Below are positions 27,901-39,700 of a stretch of DNA of 64,000 nucleotides, piece by piece; positions within the stretch are counted from its first letter, which is position 1; every line of letters begins with the position of its first letter. Made by a program: the position numbers and the translations under genes. The DNA comes from Phoronis australis (Eukaryota > Animalia > Phoronida), in contig NMRA01000037.1 of assembly GCA_002633005.1 (NCBI GenBank), positions 778,703 to 842,702 of the forward strand, in the 5' to 3' direction. The notes beneath the pieces were generated by a model. It worked only from the letters and a program-made list of their open reading frames with translations. It was not told where the DNA came from and searched no databases.

Positions 27901-30109
27901 TCGGGCAATAATCAGTGCCGACCACATCGTTGTCATCTTACAGAAGTGCTGAATGACTTTACCCAGATTACAGTATCCGAGTTGACCAACGGAAATTGAG
28001 GTGATCATTTGATCGGGACCCAACAGCGAAAAGGTACACGAGAATACACAAATTGAAAATCTGCTATCTATCAAACTGGATGAAGTGGTCAGCGTGCAAG
28101 CTCTGAATTTTATTTTCTGCTGTCAAAAAGGTGAACGAGAACGAAGACGCCGCGGAACCGAGCAAGACTTTTGTTTTACGAACACACAAATTTGTTTAGA
28201 TCTCTCAACGAAATCTTGTCGCAGATTGTACTGTATATATGTTATGCAAAACTGAAGAACGAAGTAATCTACCTAACAAGGCCTGTATTGAGCAATGACA
28301 CCAAATTAGTCGGATGAATTTGAGAGGTCTTTAGTATCATTGAGTTAGGCACCCGCTGTTAGTTTGGGGCGCCTGACCACTTCAATTTACAATGTAATTT
28401 CGAGAAGAAAGACATCATTGAAATTGTATCAGTTTTAATTAATTTTCAAAATTGAATCGATTATTCAATACTATGTCTATACGCTGTTGTAACAATGCAT
28501 GAAAACAGTAGGTTCGGGAACTAGAAACGATTCCAAGGCGAGTAACGCCTCAGATGTCCGGTAATTAGGAGTTAGGTCCCCACGAGTTTGATCATTGGAT
28601 ACGGAACATTTTTGTAGGTGTGTGAAGTTTAGGAGCGTGCGGGTATGGACTTTTTACAGCTGGTTTGGCGTTTGTTGGCCCGGGGGACGGGGAGTTGGGG
28701 AATCATCGTGCTTGCACGAAGTTTTTTTGCTGCGCGTCTGGAGTTTAGGGGGCGCAGTTCTGGTAGTTGTACCTCGGGTTGTTTGATGGTCCGCTGGGCA
28801 CGTACGGTTTAAGGAATCGTACTGGAGTTTTGGCACGGCCATGGACCTGATTCTATCTTGATGTAGTGACTTGTTTTAACAGTCACAAAACGGCGTTTGG
28901 TCAGAACTAAAGCCTTGGACTTTTTAAACGAGTGGTTTTATGCAGTTTGACGAAAAGTTGCGTAAAATATTTAAAGTTATATTAATTAAGTGAGATTTAC
29001 GTAACATGACTGTTAGCTTGGGACATCCCGATACACATTATATGACGACTAATGTTGCGATTTAGTTTTCCTATCCTCACAAAAATCGATTCGTGAAATA
29101 AAGCAAATCAATTACACTTGTTTTTCATAGTTGTGCTGTGATCGGAATGGAGATCATAGGAGTTGTTTTTGGCATAAACCGCTTCATTCTTACTTTCCTT
29201 TGCAAAGTTGAATATGTCGCCATTTTCCCGCTCACTACAATCTTTTAAGCTATAAAATGCTGCGTGTTCAGATGTTGTGTTTTGTGGCTTAGGCTTTGAC
29301 TTCAGTTGTTGCAGCTCATGACATGTAACACAGTGACATCTACAGGGAAGCCGTCGGAGTCAATCGTTTCAGCCAGTGCGGACTACAATTAGTGGAAAAC
29401 GAGTCATTTACAGCTATGCCTCAAAATTAGATCAACTGTTTTAGATCCATAGAAAAGCAACAATGAAATCGTTTAACCGGGGATTTCCGATAAAGCTTAG
29501 ACATTTTTGCATCTTTTCAGAAACAACGATTTCGTGAAGTTACTTGATGGTCTTTAATTGTTGATGCAACTAGATATTTTTGAAATGACCACACAGTGAT
29601 GATTACTGTACATGGCCGTCGATTATTTTGTTGTGTGTAAAATATGTTCTTTTTATGCCAACACTTAGCTTTCACTGGACAGGATTTCGTGAAAATGTTC
29701 AACATATTGGGTATTCGCAATTTCGTTTTCAAATCGTAGATTGTAAAACTGAACCAAACAGCGAAACCATCACTTTGCAACTGCAGAACGCTGGCCACCG
29801 GCAAGAAATACGAGAGTGCCATTCAACAAATTGAACTTCATGTGTAAAACTAAAACTTATGCACAAACCGACATAATGAAAAATGGTAATGACAAACATT
29901 TTTCGTTGAATGCTTTTTCAACATCCCCATTTCATGAAAAAGCGTCCCGGTTGCTCAATCAGAAATCCCCGATAGTTGTGCAAAGCTATAGTGGTGTCCG
30001 AGTCGAAACACCAGTGCTGTCTTCCAAGAGTTCAATTCCTCAAAAACCACTTTGTGCAAAATGTCGCCCCACGAGACAGGGTCCAACCAAAAATTCGCTG
30101 AAAGAAAAC

Positions 30110-30316
30110 TACACTGCGGGTACCTGACCATGCACGTTCTTAAGTACACTGCGGGTCCCTTACCATGCACGTTCTAAAGTACACTGCGGGTACCTGACCA
30201 TGCACGTTCTAAGTACACTACAGATACCTGACCATGCACGTTCTAAGTACACTGCGGGTACCTGACCAAGCACGTTCTAAAGTACACTGCGGGTATCTGA
30301 CCATGCACGTTCTAAG
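30110..30316. repeat. 34-35-bp minisatellite, 6 copies (TACACTGCGGGTACCTGACCATGCACGTTCTAAG)
   Basis: Head-to-tail copies with no spacers; two more copies follow the N at 30646. Confidence 0.9.
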
Positions 30317-31038
30317 AGCAATCACCGTTTCGAAATCGCGTACAGTAGTTCTGCGCTTCATGAATCTTGCAGTAAGCGCGAGCATTTCCGAGCACTGAAA
30401 GATGCGAAGGTTGGGATATGGAAGAACCAAATGAAAAGAAACGTTGACGTATTTCCTCTCCTCAATGAGAACACAAAGTGAAGATAAAATATTGACTGAG
30501 AAACAACGTGAGTAGCCGACCAATCAATGGACGCAGGAAAAACAAGGCTCAAATTCTTCCTTCTGAAAGTGTTTTGGTAAATTAAATTATACTAAAACAA
30601 CGATCCCAAAGAAAACATCAGACAAGAAAAGATAATAAGTATATTNTACACTGCGGGAACCTGACCATGCACGTTCTAAAGTACACTGCGGGTACCTGAC
30701 CATGCACGTTCTAAGAGCAATCACCGTTTCGAAATCGCGTACAGTAGTTCTGCGTTTCATGAATCTTGCAGTAAGCGCGAGCATTTACTGAAAGATGCGA
30801 AGGTTGGGATATGGAAGAACCAAATGAAAAGAAACGTTGACGTATTTCCTCTCCTCAATGAGAACACAAAGTGAAGATAAAATATTGACTGAGAAACAAC
30901 GTGAGTAGCCGACCAATCAATGGACGCAGGAAAAACAAGGCTCAAATTCTTCCTTCTGAAAGTGTTTTGGTAAATTAAATTATACTAAAACAACGATCCC
31001 AAAGAAAACATCAGACAAGAAAAGATAATAAGTATATT
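30248..31038. repeat. ~395-bp direct duplication (30248-30645 / 30647-31038) across a single N; probable assembly overlap
   Basis: Near-identical copies (one 6-bp indel, few SNPs) abutting the N at 30646. Confidence 0.85.
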
Positions 31039-32971
31039 TTTCAAAATACATGCCACAATGAGCAACTAACATACCTGCATTATACAAACACACTTAATGA
31101 GATAAAATGCCAATATATGAAACATAAACGAAAGGAATGTAACTTTTTCAAAATATGGTAAAGTACAAATACGCAACTAAATATGTTCTACGTATAATAT
31201 GCAATAAATGGACGGTTTAGGTAGTTAAAATATTACAAAACTAGAACATCTTTATGCTATGTATTAGTGAGTTAAACTTTTAAATACAACAACATGGTAC
31301 TGGAAAACACCAACTTAAAATTGGAATAACAAAAGTCCGTCAGGAACCGGAAACAGATGCCAAGCCCAATCACAGAACACACGGCTAAGACACCCGATTG
31401 GTTCTCGAAATCTCCAGCTTATAGACCAATCAGGTGTCTTAGCCAGTTGACGTCATGGAACTGCTAAGGCCAATCAAATGCAGCCAATCAGGGAGTGTTA
31501 AACATTCAAGTAAGATTGTTTTTTTTCCAAGAAGACACACACAGAGACAGCGAGGACCACCTCTACCTGTAGGAAGAACCAAGAGTGGCAGGGTAACTCC
31601 AAGGCCTTCCTGCAAGAGCTTTAAATGTGGTTAAGTATTTTAATGCCAAAAGGTGGCACCAACGCTCAACACAATGCAGAGTAGTAGATGAAAATCCACA
31701 AGACATAAAACCTACCCTAAAGAAATAAGTCAAAATGGGGCAAAATCAAAGCAAAACCAGAATGTAGATTCAAATAAACCCTAACTTAAGTTCTAATATT
31801 AAAGATATACCCATGTGCAACTCGATCAGTACTGGTTGTACCCAACAGGAAATCACAGAAATTTTAGAATATCAACTGAAATTTGACAAGTTATATGGCA
31901 CACAAAATGAATCATTCTAATAATTCAGAACACTTAAAACATTACAATGCATACAATCTATGCTAAGGCACAATAACATTCTCAATACCTGAGAATGATA
32001 AAGCTACAAAATCAACATCGGACTGAGCACAAGTCCTCAACACTAATACCTGATATAAAATGATTTCACCATTTTACCATGTGTGTAAATTTACAGCAAC
32101 CATTTTACCCTAACTTCCATAATTAATCCCATTTTCAGAGCTACAGAGCGGATTATTTCATTTTCGTAAATTATGATAATTCTGGGTCCCATTTCCAATA
32201 AATCTCCACCATTTTGTATGATCTCAATTTGAGATTTTCTGTGTTAGTAAAAACATTGATTTTCCAAATTCATCACCAGTTCTGACAACCACTGCTTTGC
32301 AAGTTACATTTTTCAGTGTCTATGGGGTAAAGCTGGAATGTCGAGATCCTAATTTTAAAGCTTAAAAACCCGGTAGTATTCTACATTTAACAGCTTTTAA
32401 TACGAGGTACACTTGCGTTCATACAAATTAAAGTTTCGTGAAAGCTTTCTTGGAATGTCAAACAATAATACAACAAGTCCTGAAAGAATCCAAAGTTAAT
32501 GCACAATAGACTTGATTTAGCAACTCTGTAGGGAAACACACAGCATATATCTTCCTATCACACACAAATAATTGTCATCTCTATACAAACTTTCAAACGT
32601 TTAAAACATACTTGACCACAGACTCTATAATAATCCCATCAGTGTTAGCAGATCTTAGCAGAAAAACATCATGACATGAAATGACGAATACTTGGACTCA
32701 CAAAAAATTCTTGATAAATAATACATAAATATCCTCTTTTAGGCACAAGACAAACAGAGCTTAGAATTCTCTAAGTAAAAGGTCTATAAACATTGTAGTT
32801 TAAAACAGTTGTAAAATGTACAAAATTAATGTAGACACATTAAAAAATTTACAGCATATCTTGGTAGAAACCACGCACCTTCAAGGAAAGTTTAACGCAT
32901 AGTTTAATTGCTGAGAGAAAACAGCACTCAAACATGAGTTTATAAAAAATGACCTTTTGGAGACAAATTAT

Positions 32972-33140
32972 TACTGTATCGTCGCGCCAGTAGGCCCATG
33001 GGCGTCTGTGCAGAACTGTGCTTTAATTTAATACTTAGGCACATGCATCAATGTGCAAACCACTTGGGTAAAAGGAGGCCAAGAAAAAAGGCACTATTTC
33101 AAATATAAGCCCATGGGCCTAAAAGCGCGGCCATACGGTA
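32972..33140. mobile_element. Tc1/mariner (pogo-type) MITE in the receptor's 3' UTR region
   Basis: TA-CTGTATCGTCGCGCCAGTAGGCCCATGGGC ... GCCCATGGGCCTAAAAGCGCGGCCATACGG-TA: ~30-bp imperfect TIRs with TA flanks. Confidence 0.7.
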
Positions 33141-33282
33141 AACAATTTTCAATGACATTGCAGGGAAACGACAGATAAAAAAGTCATAACTAAGATGTGT
33201 TGGTATGCAGCGAAGAGCTGCTACCGAATGACGCCTCAAACAAACACATTAGTAACAAGAATAACCACCAACAATCTGTGTT

Positions 33283-33423
33283 ACAGGGATTCAACAAGCC
33301 AGGCTCAGTTCTAGTACTGCCTTCCACCACAAGATGTCACCAGCATACTGCACAGGGATTCAACATGGCAAGCACAGCCCTAGTACTGTCTTTCCCCACA
33401 AGGCGTCGCCAGCATTCTATACA
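33283..33423. repeat. ~69-bp diverged tandem duplication just after the receptor stop codon
   Basis: CAGGGATTCAACA...CTAGTACTG...CCACAAG...CCAGCAT occurs twice. Confidence 0.7.
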
Positions 33424-33432
33424 ATCCCTTCT

Positions 33433-33727
33433 CTAGTAACTCAGTGCATTTTTCTGTTCAGTTTCACTGTCATTCTCCCAATCATAATCATCATCAGTCG
33501 AGTCCTCCATGTGCACTGGCTGACCCCTGCCAATACTGTTGGACCGTACCACTGGGTCACTGCGAATAGGGGTGTCATAAAGAGAAGCGTCCATGATATT
33601 AGCAAGACTGCTACTGTTTTCAGGCAATGAGGTATCGATGGAGTCACGGCTAAGATTGGACTGCATGGTGTTATGTTGGTCATCTTCTGGAAGGTACATG
33701 GGGTTGTCCACTTGGTACACACTCGGT
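33433..33727 (-). CDS. Receptor last coding exon (NPMY, YDTP; ends ALSY*)
   Basis: Acceptor ctttcag; TAG at 33435-33433. Confidence 0.85.
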
Positions 33728-36700
33728 CTGAAAGAATGTAATTGAAGATTTTCTTAATTTTATTTCCAAATGGTTCAATTCCTTACAACTCTGAATTCAT
33801 TACAACTTTGGTTAATGTAACTGTGAACCTTGTTTAACAGGTTGTACTTAATGCGCAAGTATCTTAATTCTCTTTGCTCTAACCCCTTCAAAGTATATTT
33901 TCTGAAAGGTCAATAAATTTCCTAACAAAATTTATTATTCTTATCTACTTGTCTTTAATTTTTTACAAGGTATGCGTTTTTTAGTAATTTTTTTTTGACT
34001 TTGAACAGAGATTTCAAAGATATTGTTCCTCCTATCAATGGTCTTTTGTCAACGTGTTGATACCGGCATTTTCGAGGGAACCGTGTCTCAGATTTTTGAA
34101 ATAGGTCTTAGTTTTTTAATGGTAGACTTTTTAGAACATTTTGAGCAAAAACAATTGTAAAAGCTTGATTTTTAAAGGCTTTGTTCCAAAAAACCAGGTC
34201 CTATTTCAAAAATCTCAGACACGGTTCCCTTGAAAACGCTAACAAAAGACCAATATGATTGGAGGAACAATATTTTTAAAATCTTTGTTCAAAGTCAAAA
34301 AACGCATATCTCATGAAAAATTAGAGACAAGTAAAATAAAATGATAAATTTCGAATAAGAAATTCATTCACCTTTCAGAAAGTATATATCTTGTAAGAGT
34401 TAAAACTAACAGAATTAAAGATATTAATGCACATAAGTACAGCCTGGTAAACAAGGTTCACAGTTATGTTAATTAAGTCAAGTTTCACAAAATTAATGAT
34501 TTCTTAGAGACATGAAGACTGGGGAACTACACTATCATTAACGTTTTGTAGAATCCTAGAAAAAGTTCTAATTTGGTTAACTCCACAACATCGTATCTCA
34601 AAAATGGCTGATTAGATTTGTATGAAACTTTCAACTACCATTCTTTATGGAATGTTCTCCAAAATGGTGTACCGAGCTCTTTGTAAAATGTTTCATTTAT
34701 GCCTGAGGGGTTATCAAAATAGGATTCTTATGATGTTCGTGAAAAAAATATTAAGACAGGTAAAAAGGAAACAAAACATTTTACAAAACCATCGCAACAG
34801 TTTTGAGAACTCGTGTTTAACATTTATGTTAAACAAAAATTGATCATGATATTGATACTGTTGTTTTGCTCCCGAAGTAACTTACCTTTTTCGCTAAATT
34901 TTACTAAAAAAGACATAGTCACACGATCCAATCAATAGCAGACTGGTAAAAAGTCAAAAATCAAATTCCACAGGAAATGTATACATTGTCCGAGTTAAAA
35001 CCTTATAGCTTTGTAGATACTTGGCTAAGTATGCAAACTCCTCAATTTCGTCCTACATAAATATAAACCAATTTTGAAAGGTGACATGTTTAGAATTTCT
35101 TTAAATATTTGTCACAAAACGTGAACGCACACATAAAACCACAAGAGCCTGCTTTACACACAGTAAACCCCCACCGCCAACCTCCACCAAAACCACGCAC
35201 ATCTAGCAAAGCCTGCAGTGCTAAGCATAGGACACAACAGGAAGTACAGAAGGCAGACGTCAAAACTACTCTGTACCAAAACATCGTCTGCTACTGTACA
35301 AGCACATCATCTGCTTCTCAAACAGGAAAGATAACTAGGTTTCATTTATGGTACCCACTGGGCCACTGATGCATTGGAATTCTTGTTCATGCATTACGCT
35401 GACTATGCACTGCATAAAATGCATTTAAACTGGCTCACATGTTTCAGGCTGCATGAGTATCTTGACAAATAGTACAGTAAATTTCCTCAAAATTGGAACA
35501 AAAATAATGGCAAAAATGTTCATTTTTTTCATTTTTCATACCATCGCTGTACCGCCAAAATGTTTGAAATTTAACTGTGTGCTTGTTGATGGCAGTCGAA
35601 CTACATAATTTTCATATAGTCAAGTAAAAATTGTCTCTTTGTTTACTCTTGTTAAAAATTTTGATAAAACAAAATTTTACTGTTCCACCATATTGGGCTC
35701 TAATTTGAAGACACTGTACCATATTTTTCTGTAAAACAAACCCTGCAGCGCATATTCATTGGACGATGTTATAATGCTCGCTAGCAGTTTTATGTTTATG
35801 TCAAGAAATTAACAAAGGATTGTCTTGAAACCTTCAGGTTCCGAATAGACCAAGATTAATTGATTACTTAGGGGGAATTTCTCTGCAGCAATCCAGAATA
35901 ATCACAAGATAGCGCTACCAACAGCTCCATAACACCAATTCAAAATGCTGAGCAGGGTCACATTCCGTAGACCTAGTTGCTAGCAAGCAAAGCGAGATCA
36001 CATGAGCGTTTGTGAGGTACTGCCATGCATTACGAGCAAAGTATGCAATCATACTATCTCTCCAAGAGAATTGTTAATTACATCAAGAGTTTGGTCATAG
36101 TAGGATTAAAAAAAGGCAAATGAACATGAACTTTTTTAATTGTGCGGCGATTGTCCATTTTTTAACTCTCCAAGAGAGCGTCTTGGGTCTACGAAACTCA
36201 GCATGGGGCACGTTTTAACTCGCAAGTATATAATGCATAAGAGGGAGTGGTAAAATATCAAGAACGTACTTGACAAAAATTATTGCCAAAGACGTCTGCT
36301 CTTTATTTTCAAGGTCACCTTCAAGGGAATGTTACCTTTTCTTAACACCTTTCCATTTCGCATATTTCACCTACTATAAAGGTGTGTTTAACCTTTCCTA
36401 TTGATTTCTGACTATAAAAACCAAGACAATAAGAATGGCAGAAAAATGATGAAATTTAATTCCACTTGTCCACAACATTTTGTCTTCAACTAGTGAGAAT
36501 CTATTATATTGCATTTAAAGTGGAACTACAGTACTCTTGACATACTTTCAAAGAAAAAATGGCATGCAACCCTTGGCCTGAGATGAGCAGACGCACGTCT
36601 GGCAAAATATTGTGCAAGTGGAGCCCTCTACAGTCATAACGATTAAACCACTGAGATGCATTCCGTGTAACACCCTCAGCTTTATAGAGAATACTGAACA

Positions 36701-39700
36701 GTGAACACATGTGGACTAACTGAGCAGGGACACCGATCAACCAACAGACGCCTTAAACTTGCCTTTTTACTCTCGTCGACTTTATCACTACTGGAAACCA
36801 ATAATTTAATTAGGCTAACCAAAAATGATTTTTCGAAATGTGTAGAAGTTATGAGGCACAGAAAAGAAAACAATTACCAAGTCCAAAGGAAAGTTATAGC
36901 TCAACAAAAATGGTACTAGATCACTTCAAATATTGACAAAACATACAGCTCTGGATATGCCACCTAACTTGATACGATAACTTGATATTGCTTAGATACG
37001 GTATGTCAAATAAACACTGTGATTTTGTTGATTTCAAATCTGCACAGAGACAATAACTGCCAAAAAGTCCAACTAATTAAGGACTGGCAAGGCTACTTGT
37101 TTAGGTAAACAAATAATGTTGAGATTCATTACCTGGAATTGATGTTATTAAAATCCTGTGCACCCTTCTTTAACACTTTGTCAAACTGATTTTTATTCCT
37201 ACGGTTCGCCTTCTTGTTCACATCAATGTGAGCATAAATACTCGACTCGTCGCTAGTATTGTTAGTGCTACGGCTGGTCGACCGCACTTGACCATCGCGG
37301 ACCTCCGCGTACTCATGAGGGCCACTTCGGGGGGTGCTCTCTAGAATAGAAAGATAGACAGTTTCGTGGATTATTTTATCTCAGTCCGTTCTTTTCAAAA
37401 GAAACTGGTCGATCATTTCATTTAGGTTCTCATATACAAAAACTCGCGTACAAATCAAATCACGGAATCCCACAAAATACACTAAAACATATCAATTAAT
37501 TGACTTATTTCTATAATCCCAACCAATATGCACAAATTAGTCTCTGAACCTAGCACTGAAGAAACAAAGATTCAAGCTTAACAGTTCTAATAACAACATC
37601 TTCACTTATGAAAGAGAGCCCTTTTTGATGAAAAAATAATTTTACATTTACCTTTAGGAACAGAGTTGTCAAATTGTAAAAACTACATTTCATAGCTGAA
37701 CATAACTGGGTTACACAAGACTTAAAATTGAACATCTTCTCTGAGTAAGTCCAATTGTTACGTGATGACCACAGGCTTGTCCACAATGCTAGTTGTGAGT
37801 TCAAACTTGGATTAGAAAAGCCACATGCAAATGGTCTAACCAAAATTCAACAGATAACCAAGAAAACATCTTGGGAGACAAGAATTTGTTTTCTTCCTAC
37901 AATAACTAGGACTATCGAGAATAGTTAGTATTATTTCTCAAACGTAATGAATACAAATGAAATTAGCGCTCGTCAGAATAAAACTGCAGTACTGTCACAA
38001 AAAAGAGTTCAAATCTGAACTTTGATTTGTAATGCTACAGTGGGATACCACTGTTGCTATCCAGCTTCACCCAGCAAATCTCGAATATTTGCAGAGCCTC
38101 AAATTGCAACTTGGAGGATTACTTTCTTTCTGCAAATGTGCAAATTTCAATCATACTGCAACAAGTCGTGTGACTCTCAGAATGGAGAATGCTGTTGAAC
38201 GCACCAAGATACCCCTGCGATAAAAAGCTTTCACAAGAGTTTACAATATATCAGGTGGCTCACCAAAGAATGTCAATGCCCGTCACTTACAACTTTTGAG
38301 ACCTGGTAAGCCAAACCCAGAGTTTTATCCATCTCTTGACCAAATCCCTTTGCTGTAATCACTGAAGATTGCACATGGACAGAAAGTAACGCCAATGGAT
38401 AATTTGAGGCTACGTAAACACTCAAAGTGTTTTGGATGATCTAGGCTTTATGACTAGCTCTTAAAGCCCAACTTTAACGACATTTTGTTACTTTAGATGT
38501 ATTAAGCTAACCAGATAGTCCTAGCAAAGCCTTAGTAAAATAAGAAAACGCGAGTTCAATCACGCAAGTGTAAGCCTGTCAAATGATAAGTGAAGCTGCC
38601 TTTTCGTGCCATGTTGCGAGATCCCAGCACAAACAATAAAAGGTTGTATTGAATAGAACACCATTACTGTGGGTGTTATTCACAGCTGTTTGAATTAAAA
38701 GGTGATTCTCGTGGTGACGTAGACAAAAGCAACCCAATATGCTTACAGCTCGTTACATTTGGCAATTTATGGCACTAGTGGGCTCAGAGCGAGGCTCTTA
38801 ACATTCCGTAGAAACCAAATTTGCATGTGTTACTGTTGAAGATAGGCTTTAACCCAATAACATACCCACGACAGAATCATTGTTGTATATGTGGCTATTA
38901 ATGCTTCTAGCAGGACTGTTGGCCTTGACTGGGCTGATCGCGGAAGGTTCCAGGTAATCTTCCGGACTGGTGATCTCATCCAGTTCAAAGTCAAGGTCTT
39001 GTAAGGCCTGAAGCTCAGGTGTAGTGTCGTTAGGGGGGACCTCCTGCCGGGGGGTGCTCGACACCAGGACGACGTCCGGGTTTGATGGCCTAAAGACACA
39101 GACATATCTTCAAACAGAGCCAATTCAACTATCATAATGAAGAGATTACTAACATAAGAATGGATTTTTGGTCTTTGGTTTGACAGAGGGATTATTTTTC
39201 TAAAAAAGTAATCCATAATATGATACCAATAATTTATTATTTTGACGATGCATTTTACCTACGTCTACCTGTGAATGACGAATTATCAACCAAAGAGCTG
39301 TGGGTTTAAAACATTACCACATTTATCTGATCTTGAATTATTGTGGAAAGAGCCAGCAACTCTATGTTTGGCCAGCCCTAATTAACTCTGAAGTATGTTC
39401 TTAAGTCGCTGGTGGTTTAGAAGTTTTTGTTGGTAACAGAAATAGAATCCTGTCACAGTAAAGAATATCAAGAAATGGATTTTATGACTGTAAAAGGCCT
39501 AATTTCATTTTCGTTTTTAAGCCCGCTAAACAGAGCAAAATTCAGCTTTAATTAACTCGGAATTGTAAGCTTGCACAAGCTTCTTGAAAGCCTTCTTATA
39601 CATACATATTCTCTGATAGACCAGAGTGAATAAACTTCCACCGATAAAGTAGAAAATCCCTGCCCAGAAAGTCAATAAATACCACTTACGTCTCAAGATC

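Noticed and set aside
30110-30316. CRISPR-like 34-35-bp repeats
   Set aside because: Units are head-to-tail with no unique spacers, there are no cas genes, and the context is eukaryotic
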